A DNA stretch of 64,000 nucleotides from Akkermansia sp. (GTDB lineage Bacteria; Verrucomicrobiota; Verrucomicrobiia; Verrucomicrobiales; Akkermansiaceae), in assembly GCA_045576695.1 (NCBI GenBank), contig JAZNGY010000075.1, positions 46,097 to 110,096 on the forward strand, given 5' to 3'. A program made the translations under genes and the position numbers. A model generated the notes under the pieces. That model did not search any database. It had not been told where the DNA came from and worked only from the letters and a program-made list of their open reading frames with translations. This document shows, piece by piece, positions 8,097 through 17,739 of this stretch; the first letter of the stretch is position 1, and each line of letters opens with the position of its first letter.

Positions 8097-11000
8097 TTAC
8101 TTGATTTTAACGGTCTTGGTTTCACCCTTCTTGAGCTGAATCTCGGGGATGAGGATGAAATCGTCCGTCAACACGGCGCCTTCCACATTGCAGCCTTTGG
8201 CATCTTGGCCGGTGGCAGCTGTGGGGAACCATACGCCAAGGCGGCCCTTGTGGTCCATATTGGCGGTGATGGTGAACTGCTTGGCGTTCTGCCATTCGAT
8301 GGTGAAGGGGCAGGGTGCCTGAGAGCAGTCCAGCGAGGCGGACCAGGCGGGGTCGCCGTAGAAGGCTACAACGTCGCGGTCATGCACATAGCCGAGGGCG
8401 TCTTTAACGTTCTTTTGTGTGAGCGCTGCGCCGGAGCTGAACACGTCTCTCTGCAGTTTTTGGTCGATTTCTTCGCCGTTGAACCGAACATTGAGCAGAA
8501 TGGGGTCAATCTCTTGCGTGTTGTGCAAGATGAACTGGTTGTTCATGAACCAAGCCTCTGCAAGGGAGGTGCCGTTGGCGGCATCGAAGAAGCAGCTGAG
8601 GGTGCCCCAACCGCCGGCGCCGTACCAAGAGGGTACCGTGTAGCCCACAACTTGGTTGCAGGTGTAGGCAGACAGTGCGGTGACAGCCATGCTGTGTTTG
8701 GTGTGGCAGGCATCGCCGAAGAGGCAGTTGCCGGCGGCCAACCAAATGCGGGTGGTGCCATCGGGCTCAATAGCGGGGGCTTTTACCTGTGTTGCCAGCT
8801 TGCCCATGAGGTTCGTATTACCTTGGCGTGCCTTGGTGAGCGGGCGGAAGAAGTAGCCCATTTGGCGTTTGCCGAGCTGGTAGAAACGGTTACCATGCGG
8901 GAAGATGAGGCCGCGAGAGAAGGGCATCTCGAGGTTGAACTGGGTGGCATGGCTGGAGGTAACTACCATTTGGGGCTTTTTGTTGGCCAAGCAATTAGCA
9001 AAGAGGCTTTGGAAACCGTGCTCGAGCAGGGCTGCGCCTTCTTTGGTGGTGGCATCGTATGTGGTGCTGGTGGGTTCTACACCGCCGGTTTGCTCCAGAA
9101 TGGGGGAGTTGGTCCAGTCTGTAATGCAGTAGCTGTACTCAAAGTGGTGCCAGCCTACATTGGTGGTACCCAGCAGGCGCTTGATAACCAAGGGTTGGTC
9201 ATCTTTGGCAATGCGCATGGCATCGTCTGCGCTGTAGCCGGTTACAATACCCCACATGCAGTCACCCCACACATCGTCATCCACCTTACGGGCGGCGCGG
9301 TGCATGTGGTTGATAGTGTCGCGCCCAACCTCTTCGGGTTTCACCACAATGCCGGCGTAGCGGGCATCTGTGCTGCGCAGTGCCTCGGTGAGGTCTTTTT
9401 CCGTGAGGGCGGGGATGACAACCTTTTGAGCACCCGGGTATTTAGCCACGAGGGCATCTGCCACGGCTACCCAGGCGGGGTCTGCTGCGGTGGTTTTGGT
9501 AATGACTACGGTGTAGTTTTCTACCGTGGGGGCTACTTTGGCAATGGGGGCTTGCTCTGCAGCGGGGGCTGCCGCAGCAGGTTGCTCCTCATCTGCCGGG
9601 GTGTAGTCCTCGGGCACGGTGAAGTAGCAGTTTACGTTGTCGTTGCCGAATACATCCTTAGCCAATTGCACGATTTCTTCGTAGGTAATGGACTTGATGT
9701 CTGCGAGCACCGTGCGAATCTCTTCGAGTTTTTTGGGGTTGCTCTGCAGGTCTGCCAAGGCTCCGCACCAGAAAGCGTTTTGGCGCATGGCTTTTTCTGC
9801 AGATGAAATGATGGGGCGGATGGCGCAATCGAAGTCATCTTGCGTAATCTCGCCACGGCCGATGGAGTCAAGAATCTCCGTCATGGCGTCATTCACCAGC
9901 TTGCGGTTGCGTTTTACACCGGCGCTGGCGGAAACGATGGTGGCGGCATTGTCCAAATCGGGGGCAGCACTGATAGATACGGAGGGGGAGTAGGTCTCTC
10001 CCATCTTGGCGCGGATGCCGTCAAACAGCTTGGCGCGGGCGATGGAGGCCAGTACCCTCAAGCGGCGCACGTGCTTGGCATCTTTACCGTTGCCGGCCGG
10101 GCGTACTTGGGTTACGATGGTCTTGTCCAAGTTGGTCGGGTAGCGGAAGAACTCTTCTTGCCCCCAGGGGCGGAAGTTGACGGTGCTTTGCTCGGGCGTA
10201 AGCTCTGTGAACTCGGGGTTGCGGGCAGGCATGGCACCGAAGGTGCGCTCAAGCACGGGTTGCACTTTCTCTACATCGAAATCACCCACGATGGTTACCT
10301 CAATAGCGCCGTTTTGCATGAAGGGCTCAATGGCGGCTTTTACTTGGTCTGCGGTAATGGCTTTTACCTGTTCTTGCGTGGGTACGGTGAAGCGGATGTC
10401 ATCGCCGTACAATGCCTTAGCGCTCTGCTTAGAGTATGCGCCGGTGGGCGTGGTCTCCAGCTGCTGGTAGGTGGCCGGCAGGCGGCGGTGAATCATGGCG
10501 ATGGCTTCTTGGCGGTAAGCGGGGTGCATAATGCCGGCTACAATCAGCTTGCATTGCAGCTCCAAATCCTCCTCTGTGGTACCGCCGGAGTAGCTCATGC
10601 GTGTGTCGCTCATACCGAAGTTGAGGTCCACATTGTGGCCCATCATAATGCGCTTCAGTTCATCGAGGTCGTGTGCCTCTAAGCCGCTGAGGCTGACAAC
10701 GGAGCCTGCCACCATGTTCAAACCGGGAATCAAGGGCATCTTAAGGCCACCGCCATCTACAGCTGCGCTTACGGTAATGGCACCCTTGCGGTAGTCTGTG
10801 TGCTTAAGGTTGACGCGTACGCCGTTAGAGAGGGTGAGGGTGGTAACATCAAGGTCCTCAATAAGCTCTTTCTTTACAATCTTGCCCGGCTCGCCGATGT
10901 TGTCGTAGGCAAAAGGCTTGGTTGCGCGCAGCTCCGGTTTTTCTACGGCTACTTTGGTAGAGGCATCGAAGGCGGCCTCAAGAGACTCTGACGTGAGGTC

Positions 11001-12461
11001 TGCCGGTATGGTGCCGGTGGCGGTAAGCTTGCTGTTGGCGGCGTTGTAGGCGCGCTCCAAAGCGGCGCGGCAGCAATCCGGGTTTTGTTGGATGAGCATG
11101 ACTGCCATTTGGAACAGGCGCAAATCCTCCATGGGGGTGGTATGCACCTCTTTATTGCCAACGGCTGCTACAAGGTAAGAGGCCATTTTGTCTGCCGGCA
11201 CACTCTCCCAAGTTTCTACACTGTGGGTGAGGGATGCCGCCATGGCAGAAAGCACCTCCGTAAACTCATGCGTTTCAAAACCGTATTGAATGGCTTTGCG
11301 CAGCTCTTGCTCTGCAAGGCTGAGGGCGGGTTGCCATTTGTCGGGCGCGGTAGATACGCTGAGGCTGAAGGTATCTGCCGTGTTGAAGATGACCTCGCTG
11401 CCAATGCCGGCGCTGTTGAAGGGGGAATCCGCCTGCTGGGCAATGCGTCTCAGGCGCTGGTTCACAATAGCGCAAGCAATTTGCAGGGGCATATCTTCAA
11501 GGCGCTTCTCCAGAGAATCGGGGCGGTCCTCATATTGCTTTACCGTGGTAACGGCAATGTTCACATTGGCTTGCTCTTTAACAGGCAGCACGCGTACGCT
11601 GCGGCCGGTGTTGGTAATGGTGCCAAGGGCAGGGTGCTCCGGGTTCTCGGCCTTGGGCATGCTCACAAAGTGATTGCGAATCCATTTCTCTGCCGTGGCA
11701 ACATCTACATCACCCGTCACAATCAGGGTCATGCGCTCCGGCACATAATGCTTCTTGTAGTACTCGCGGAAAGCCTCGTACGGTGCATGTTTAATCACCT
11801 CCTCCAAACCAATAGGCATATACTTGGCTACACGGGTGCCCTCTGCCAGCTGGTCAATCGTGGCTATCATGGCGCGGTACCCCTCAGAGTCGCGGCTCTT
11901 GAGCTCGCTCACAATAATGCCTCGCTCGTGGTCAATGGCTTCATCCTCAAGCGTTGCACCATCCGCAAAGTCGCGCATAATGGTGAAAGCAAAACTTACC
12001 GTCTCAGGGTTAAGGTTCGGCAAATCAAGCATGTACACCGTCTCTTGCAATGAGGTGTAGGCGTTTGCATCGCCACCGAATCCCAAACCCAAACGCTGCA
12101 TGGCCGGTATCAGCTCGCCTCGCTTGAAACTGCGGCTGCCGTTGAACACCATGTGCTCCAAGAAGTGAGAAATACCGCTCGTTGCCTCATTCTCATCCAA
12201 AGACCCTGTCTGCACATGCAAGCGTACACTGGCGCGCCCTGCGGGCTCCTTGGTCGGGCGGATCATGTAGGTTAATCCATTATGCAGCTTGCCCACCACC
12301 AATTGCGGGTCTTGTTGCAGCTGCAATGCCTGCTCCGGGGCTGCGGCCTGTGCCGTTTGGGCTGTTGCCTGCACCTCCTCTGCGGGCGCGGTAGCCTGGG
12401 CATAGGCATATGTTGCCGCCCCGGCCATCACCATCAGCGTTGTCGTTATGGTTCTGTTCAT
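8097..12461 (-). CDS. Secreted M16 (insulinase/PqqL-like) zinc peptidase with extra ~470-aa C-terminal domain
   Basis: Signal peptide MNRTITTTLMVMAGAATYAYA; HFLEH inverted zinc motif; tandem M16 architecture; Ala/Pro linker followed by an additional domain. Confidence 0.9.
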   Translation of the reverse strand: MNRTITTTLMVMAGAATYAYAQATAPAEEVQATAQTAQAAAPEQALQLQQDPQLVVGKLHNGLTYMIRPTKEPAGRASVRLHVQTGSLDENEATSGISHFLEHMVFNGSRSFKRGELIPAMQRLGLGFGGDANAYTSLQETVYMLDLPNLNPETVSFAFTIMRDFADGATLEDEAIDHERGIIVSELKSRDSEGYRAMIATIDQLAEGTRVAKYMPIGLEEVIKHAPYEAFREYYKKHYVPERMTLIVTGDVDVATAEKWIRNHFVSMPKAENPEHPALGTITNTGRSVRVLPVKEQANVNIAVTTVKQYEDRPDSLEKRLEDMPLQIACAIVNQRLRRIAQQADSPFNSAGIGSEVIFNTADTFSLSVSTAPDKWQPALSLAEQELRKAIQYGFETHEFTEVLSAMAASLTHSVETWESVPADKMASYLVAAVGNKEVHTTPMEDLRLFQMAVMLIQQNPDCCRAALERAYNAANSKLTATGTIPADLTSESLEAAFDASTKVAVEKPELRATKPFAYDNIGEPGKIVKKELIEDLDVTTLTLSNGVRVNLKHTDYRKGAITVSAAVDGGGLKMPLIPGLNMVAGSVVSLSGLEAHDLDELKRIMMGHNVDLNFGMSDTRMSYSGGTTEEDLELQCKLIVAGIMHPAYRQEAIAMIHRRLPATYQQLETTPTGAYSKQSAKALYGDDIRFTVPTQEQVKAITADQVKAAIEPFMQNGAIEVTIVGDFDVEKVQPVLERTFGAMPARNPEFTELTPEQSTVNFRPWGQEEFFRYPTNLDKTIVTQVRPAGNGKDAKHVRRLRVLASIARAKLFDGIRAKMGETYSPSVSISAAPDLDNAATIVSASAGVKRNRKLVNDAMTEILDSIGRGEITQDDFDCAIRPIISSAEKAMRQNAFWCGALADLQSNPKKLEEIRTVLADIKSITYEEIVQLAKDVFGNDNVNCYFTVPEDYTPADEEQPAAAAPAAEQAPIAKVAPTVENYTVVITKTTAADPAWVAVADALVAKYPGAQKVVIPALTEKDLTEALRSTDARYAGIVVKPEEVGRDTINHMHRAARKVDDDVWGDCMWGIVTGYSADDAMRIAKDDQPLVIKRLLGTTNVGWHHFEYSYCITDWTNSPILEQTGGVEPTSTTYDATTKEGAALLEHGFQSLFANCLANKKPQMVVTSSHATQFNLEMPFSRGLIFPHGNRFYQLGKRQMGYFFRPLTKARQGNTNLMGKLATQVKAPAIEPDGTTRIWLAAGNCLFGDACHTKHSMAVTALSAYTCNQVVGYTVPSWYGAGGWGTLSCFFDAANGTSLAEAWFMNNQFILHNTQEIDPILLNVRFNGEEIDQKLQRDVFSSGAALTQKNVKDALGYVHDRDVVAFYGDPAWSASLDCSQAPCPFTIEWQNAKQFTITANMDHKGRLGVWFPTAATGQDAKGCNVEGAVLTDDFILIPEIQLKKGETKTVKIK

Positions 12462-12627
12462 AATCAAAAATTGATTTTCCCTACCATACCACAATGATTA
12501 CCCTTTGTCGAATCATCTTTTTGCTGCTGACATCAAAAATACGTTTTTTAGCTGTATGACACCATTCTTTGTCTTCCTTGCTCACTTTTTGCTTGACCTC
12601 TCCCTCGCTCTTTGTTACCATGACCTC

Positions 12628-12700
12628 GGCCCTGTAGCTCAGTGGTTAGAGCAGGCGACTCATAATCGCTTGGTCGCGGGTTCGAGCCCCGCCGGGGCTA
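12628..12700 (+). tRNA. ileX: tRNA-Ile2 (CAT, lysidine-modified type)
   Basis: GGCCCTGTAGCTCAGTGGTTAGAGCAGGCGACTCATAATCGCTTGGTCGCGGGTTCGAGCCCCGCCGGGGCTA; closely resembles bacterial ileX; preceded by TTGACC...TACCAT promoter. Confidence 0.9.
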
Positions 12701-12705
12701 TTGCC

Positions 12706-12746
12706 AAAGGCTGCATTCCTGAAATTGAGGGAATGCAGCCTTTTTC
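12706..12746 (+). terminator. Rho-independent terminator after tRNA-Ile2
   Basis: aaaggctgcattcc...ggaatgcagcc followed by T run. Confidence 0.85.
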
Positions 12747-13154
12747 TGTTTATGTGCTGATATTTAATGAATTGCGGAGTCCTTAATTGTTAAAATGAAT
12801 GTATATTAAAAGGCTCAAAACGCCCTGATTTTGCCCTTTCTTACTCCCCGGGGACTCTAAAGGACTGGGGTTGCGGCATACAATAAACCCCTATTTTGAT
12901 GCAAAGGCTTAATGATGAGTGGATTGGATAAAAGTATATGGTTTACCCCTCTCAAATAAAAGTGGTGTTGATAATGAATGCGTTATGAGCCTGACCCATA
13001 AAAAGACTATACTTTTGCCCCTTTTCCTTCCCGAAAATCGGCAAGCTTTTTAATGATTCAACGGGAGTTAATGATATTGGACTGGCGGCATTTTTTTGTA
13101 AGTGTAAGTTATTGAAAATAAATGCAGAAAAAGCAAAGAAAAAGTAAAAAAAGC

Positions 13155-13182
13155 TAGACATTGGTTGCTCATGTGCTACACT
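13155..13182 (+). promoter_or_regulatory. Sigma70-type promoter (TAGACA-16-TACACT, extended -10)
   Basis: Same architecture at 31101, 37970, 53055, 53854, 56828 and 16727 (minus). Confidence 0.6.
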
Positions 13183-13222
13183 TTACAACGAGATAAAGCC
13201 TTAACGCTAAACGTATTAAATA

Positions 13223-14320
13223 ATGCACAACAAACTCCACATAACCCGCTACAACAAGACCCGCAACTGGGCCATCTGGGCGAATGAGGAACTGCTGGCA
13301 GTAACAGTATACAGAAAAGGCGCACAGGCCGTTCTCGACTACATTTACACATTAACCCAAAACACAATAAATACTATGTCCAAGACTAAGACAACCGCCG
13401 CCGCTACCACCGCCACCAACAACAACGCCGACTTCGACCCGACCATCATCAAGGCCGTCAACGGCGAGGGCAAGACCATCCGCATCAAGTTCGACCCGCT
13501 GGGCGTAAGCGTCTGCTACAACCTGAAGGGTAAGTGGTGCGCCCATGAAATCTACAACCAGCCGCTGCCTGAGCTGATTGCCGAGGGCGTATTCACCATC
13601 GAGGACGAGGATTCACAAAAGACCTACGCCAAGTATTTCAACGCTGGCAAGAAAGACAAGCGTTCCAAGGCCAAGCGCAGCAAGGCCAAGAAGCAGAAGA
13701 AGAACGCCGAGCCCCAGGAACAAGAACAGGAAGCCGCCATCGCAGCGATTGAGGAAGCCCCGCACATGGAAGCCGCAGAAATCAACGAAGAGATGGAAGC
13801 CGCCCTCTGGCAGGAGATTGAGGAAGCCCGCGAGGCTGAGCAGCTGGCAGAGGTAACGATGGAAGCTCAGGACGAGGAAGCCGCAGAAGCCGATGAAGAA
13901 AGCGTTGAGCCCGCAGCAGAGGAACCCGCCACTAACGAGCCTGAATCGAATGAAGCCGAATCTAACGAGCCCGTGACGGACGTGGAGCCGACCGCCGAAG
14001 CCCCGGCACAGGAATCCGCCGCTGAGGCCGCTCAGCCCGAAGAAGCCCCGAGCAAGCTCAGTACCTACAACCTGAAAAAAACTGGACAAGCCCCTATGAG
14101 TCTCACCCCCGGTAGCGATGATATCAAGCTGGAGCCCGGTGACCAGTTAATCCGAATCTACAAGCGCAGAATGATTGAAGTAGAGGTGACCGAGAATGGC
14201 TACAAATGGAACGGCGAGGTTTATCCTACCCTCACCCACATCAGCTGGAAAGCAGCCGGATACCAGATCAGCGGCAACACATTCTTCGGCCTCCCCAGCA
14301 AGCCCCGCAGTAAGGCTTAA
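13223..14320 (+). CDS. Acidic protein with C-terminal DUF2924-like domain
   Basis: C-terminus LIRIYK...VEVTENGYKWNGEVYPTLTHISWKAAGYQISGNTFFGL parallels the C-terminus of 16113-16652; long Glu/Ala-rich linker; alternative start at 13376. Confidence 0.75.
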   Translation: MHNKLHITRYNKTRNWAIWANEELLAVTVYRKGAQAVLDYIYTLTQNTINTMSKTKTTAAATTATNNNADFDPTIIKAVNGEGKTIRIKFDPLGVSVCYNLKGKWCAHEIYNQPLPELIAEGVFTIEDEDSQKTYAKYFNAGKKDKRSKAKRSKAKKQKKNAEPQEQEQEAAIAAIEEAPHMEAAEINEEMEAALWQEIEEAREAEQLAEVTMEAQDEEAAEADEESVEPAAEEPATNEPESNEAESNEPVTDVEPTAEAPAQESAAEAAQPEEAPSKLSTYNLKKTGQAPMSLTPGSDDIKLEPGDQLIRIYKRRMIEVEVTENGYKWNGEVYPTLTHISWKAAGYQISGNTFFGLPSKPRSKA

Positions 14321-14397
14321 TCCTCAGCCTCGAACTAAAATTGAGAACCCCAGCGTGGATGCCGGGGCTTCTCCTTGGTGCGCGATATTGCGCTTGT

Positions 14398-14838
14398 CTA
14401 ATGCGTTTCAAAGAGGATGCGCTCAATCTCATCTGGCGGTAGGTTAAGCATGTTGAGCATCCCTGTAACTGTAGGCTGTGATACGCCCAGCATTTCCGCA
14501 CATTTCGAGGCTGAGCCGTATTTCCCGGTGGTCAGGTATTCCTCAAGAATGATGGCGTTGGCCATTTTGATTGCCCTGTTTGTCGGGACTCGCATTGTCT
14601 TGCGTTGGGCAATATAGTCATCCATCTTGGTGCGCAGCCGTACAATCCTAACATTCTCCTCATTGCGTTCGAAGATGATGGGGATGGAAAAATCGCAATT
14701 TGCCTGGGGAACCACCATACCCGGCGCTGATTTTGCATGAATGTTTGGTAGTTCCACCTGAACCTGCGGCTCGGGTTCCTTTCTGGTGCGCCGGAGCTTG
14801 TTCAGCGATATCGTGTCTTGTCTTGATTCTTGTTTCAT
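14398..14838 (-). CDS. HTH protein typical of DUF2924-recombinase modules
   Basis: YGSASKCAEMLGVSQPTVTGMLNMLNLPPDEIERIL HTH; directly downstream of the recombinase. Confidence 0.7.
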   Translation of the reverse strand: MKQESRQDTISLNKLRRTRKEPEPQVQVELPNIHAKSAPGMVVPQANCDFSIPIIFERNEENVRIVRLRTKMDDYIAQRKTMRVPTNRAIKMANAIILEEYLTTGKYGSASKCAEMLGVSQPTVTGMLNMLNLPPDEIERILFETH

Positions 14839-14839
14839 C

Positions 14840-16129
14840 TTATTCGAGTCCTTTCTTGAGGGTCACGTCCAACTGCTCTCCATTGTCGTTGATAACGATG
14901 CTTTCAAATGCGGCTTGGAATACTTTTTGCAATTCTCGCGGGGTAGAATCACCTAATGCCGTGTCGATGCTGTAGAGCGCGTCTGCGATTCGCCCAGCGT
15001 CTTCATCGGGCAGCTGCCGGATAAGAGCTGCCAGTACCTGGGGGCTGTCCCTGAATCGCAGGATATAGCCTTTCAACAATTCCTCAATCTGGTCTGCTCC
15101 GAAGTGAGGGGAGGCGCAGCCCTGCAAATAGTCGTGCCTGTTGGCTGCACAGGTGTAATAGCGGCGCATTACTCCACGTTTGATGGTGTATGTGCCAAGA
15201 TATAGCCTTCCGCATTTGCCGCATTTCAGAATCCCTTTGAGCGGGTAGATAACCTTGTGTTCTTTCTGATCCAGCCCGCTGCGCAGCTCTCGTGCTTCAT
15301 TATTTCTCTGGCACGTTTTTTCGTACGTCTCTTGGTCAATGATTGGCTGGTGGATGCCTTGAATGAGTCCAGAATCCGTCTTCACATAGCCAGCGTAGAC
15401 GTAGTGAGTGAGGATACGCTTAATCGTCTGGCTGTTCCAAGGTATACGCTCGCCACTATCCTTGTTCTTGCGGTACAGCCGTTTCTCTTTATTGAGTTGC
15501 CGGGCAATGACTACTGGGCCTTTGCCTCCTATATAAAGCTCGTGGATGTAGCGGACAGTAGCAGATTCCAGCCTATCGACCACGAGCTTCTTTTCATGCC
15601 ATTTGTATCCGTAGGGCGCACTACCACATACCCAACGGCCTTGTGCTTTACAGGCGTTGATTTTATCCCTGAGTCGGGAACGGATGATTGCGGCTTCGTA
15701 GTCGGCAACTACGGCCATCATGTTCATGGAAAGCTTACCCTCCGGCGTGTGCGTTTCAATGGACTGGGTGGCGCTGACAAATGCCACATTGTGGTCACTA
15801 AACTCCTTCATCAGCGTGGTGAAGTCACCTAAGTCTCGGCTCAGTCGGTCGAGCTTGTACACCACTACACAATCAATCTCGCCCGCTCTAACCTGATGTC
15901 GGAGCATGTTGAGCTGGTCGCGGTGTACGGTGGTGCCACTCACCGCCGCATCTACGAATGAAGCTACGAACACCCATCCGTCTTTTTCATGGCGGCGTAT
16001 GCAATCCATGCACATGTCGAATTGGGCATCAAGAGAGTTGTATTCTTGGTCGAGACCTTTGGCAATGGATTTGCGGGTGTAGATAGCACACCGCTTTGTT
16101 GGCATTACTGGATTACTTGTTGTCATCAT
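14840..16129 (-). CDS. Large serine recombinase (integrase candidate)
   Basis: CAIYTRKS catalytic Ser, VVVYKLDRLSR, recombinase domain, CGKCG zinc ribbon. Confidence 0.92.
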   Translation of the reverse strand: MMTTSNPVMPTKRCAIYTRKSIAKGLDQEYNSLDAQFDMCMDCIRRHEKDGWVFVASFVDAAVSGTTVHRDQLNMLRHQVRAGEIDCVVVYKLDRLSRDLGDFTTLMKEFSDHNVAFVSATQSIETHTPEGKLSMNMMAVVADYEAAIIRSRLRDKINACKAQGRWVCGSAPYGYKWHEKKLVVDRLESATVRYIHELYIGGKGPVVIARQLNKEKRLYRKNKDSGERIPWNSQTIKRILTHYVYAGYVKTDSGLIQGIHQPIIDQETYEKTCQRNNEARELRSGLDQKEHKVIYPLKGILKCGKCGRLYLGTYTIKRGVMRRYYTCAANRHDYLQGCASPHFGADQIEELLKGYILRFRDSPQVLAALIRQLPDEDAGRIADALYSIDTALGDSTPRELQKVFQAAFESIVINDNGEQLDVTLKKGLE

Positions 16130-16652
16130 TTCTGGGAGTCATGGGGAGGTTAAAGAAGTAGTTGCCGCTTTTGGCGTAGCCGCAGATTTTCCAAGCAATC
16201 GCGGTCAGGTTGTCGTACTTCACGCCATCGTATGCGAACATGTTTTTGCCGATGACTGTGACCTCGTGGTACTTGCCTTTGTACAGGCGGCGTATGATTG
16301 TGCCGACAGGTAGATTGGTTGCGGGCGTATTGGCGTGGTTATTCTCAGGATGACTGGTATCGACTATCTCCATCGGCTTTACATTGAATCGGCGAGGCTT
16401 CAGCCGGATGAGAGTCTCATCTGCAATCTCGTGGGCTCGTTTCATTGCTCGCTCGGATATCCCTCCGTTGATGAGGGTATTGATTCTCCACGTCAGCCTC
16501 TTGATGAGGAACTGGCGATTTCTGGTTGTATAGGGTTGATTCCCGAATAGGAGTACCCACTCGCGCCGGAGTTCGCGGACTTTCATATCCTGCAAAGCGG
16601 CTATGCGGGCAGCTCCTTCCTCTGGTGTCAGTTTTGTGATGGTTTGACTCAT
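16113..16652 (-). CDS. DUF2924 domain protein
   Basis: ELRREWVLLFG...; PVGTIIRRLYKGKYHEVTV...LTAIAWKICG...SGNYFFNL; overlaps recombinase start. Confidence 0.8.
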   Translation of the reverse strand: MSQTITKLTPEEGAARIAALQDMKVRELRREWVLLFGNQPYTTRNRQFLIKRLTWRINTLINGGISERAMKRAHEIADETLIRLKPRRFNVKPMEIVDTSHPENNHANTPATNLPVGTIIRRLYKGKYHEVTVIGKNMFAYDGVKYDNLTAIAWKICGYAKSGNYFFNLPMTPRNDDNK

Positions 16653-16978
16653 GCTTGTTGTTGTAAAGGCTTAATAATAAATATTTAGTGTACCCTATAC
16701 TTTAGCACAGATTGAGCTATTTGTCTATATTTTTCTTGTATTTAACTCGCTGATTTTTAATGAGGTGGGGACTTTGTGCCTATCGGTCGCACAAACACAA
16801 TATTGGGATTTTTCAGCATGCGCAGAATCAGCGGGGCAAGAGCTTTTGCCAGCTTGTCGTGAGCCTTGGTGTGACCAAGGGGCGTGATACCAATTTGCTT
16901 CATGAGTTGAGCTAAAGTAAGGGGATTGCAGGGAGCGGGCAGACACGCGCCTACCCGCCCCCAGGGTTCCTGTTTCTA

Positions 16979-17695
16979 TCAGCCGATCGTGCGGAGGTAG
17001 TTCACGAAGTCAGGCGTATTGCGTCCAACATTTCGCAGTACCGGCACAAACACGCTGTTGCGACCGAACTTCTCGCGCTTGCTCGTAAGCTCCCACTTGC
17101 CATTGAACAGGCCATCACGCAGAGCGAACTTAGCTGCGGTCAGGATGTTCTTACCAGCGCGTGTATAAGCTACGCCACGCAGCGTCCAGACGGCCAGCCC
17201 GTATGCCTCGCCGTTGTACTCAAGCGGCAGCGCATAATCGAGCCCGGAGGGTGCTTTGAACACGAGGTTCACGTGCAGCACCGGGGTGAAGCTGGGCTTC
17301 TGGTTGCCCACCCACTCAATCGTGCCGCCAGCGGCATGCACTTCCTCAAGCGTGTTGTACACCTGGGGCTTCTCGTCAGAATCGAAGTCGAGATTCTGCA
17401 CGAACTGCTTGCGGGCTGACAGGATGGTGAGTTCCAAGGGAGCGGGCAGCACCACTTCCTTATTGAGCACCAGATCGCCGCCATTGAACAACTCAGCGAG
17501 GCTGCCTACGTTCTGCACAAGATTGAGACGAGGGATGACGATATCGTCACTCTCAATCTCCCCGGCAATGGTGCCAAGGGTGGCAGACTGGGGAGCGGCA
17601 AGCTCGGTGGTGGTTGCGGTGGTGGTAGCGGAGCTGATAACCTCCGAGGACTGACCCTCAGAGCCATTGATGTCGTATGCTTTGATTTTAGCCAT
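16979..17695 (-). CDS. Putative phage single-stranded DNA-binding protein
   Basis: IVIPRLNLVQ motif and position in the replication/recombination operon. Confidence 0.5.
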   Translation of the reverse strand: MAKIKAYDINGSEGQSSEVISSATTTATTTELAAPQSATLGTIAGEIESDDIVIPRLNLVQNVGSLAELFNGGDLVLNKEVVLPAPLELTILSARKQFVQNLDFDSDEKPQVYNTLEEVHAAGGTIEWVGNQKPSFTPVLHVNLVFKAPSGLDYALPLEYNGEAYGLAVWTLRGVAYTRAGKNILTAAKFALRDGLFNGKWELTSKREKFGRNSVFVPVLRNVGRNTPDFVNYLRTIG

Positions 17696-17739
17696 AATGA
17701 TTACTTGATTTGGGTTGATTGTGTTTGATTGTCTTGGGG

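Noticed and set aside
8049-12053. Long plus-strand ORFs (585, 280 and 322 aa)
   Set aside because: Antisense shadows of the M16 peptidase gene, which has clear motifs; these show no recognisable motif.
12680-12700. att core duplication of the tRNA-Ile2 3' end (acceptor stem has two G-U pairs, hinting at replacement)
   Set aside because: No second copy found by eye in the window, and serine recombinases usually need only short cores; cannot be supported.
12903-16678. AAAGGCTTAAT direct repeat flanking the DUF2924-recombinase module
   Set aside because: An 11-bp match in AT-rich DNA could be chance; no further support.
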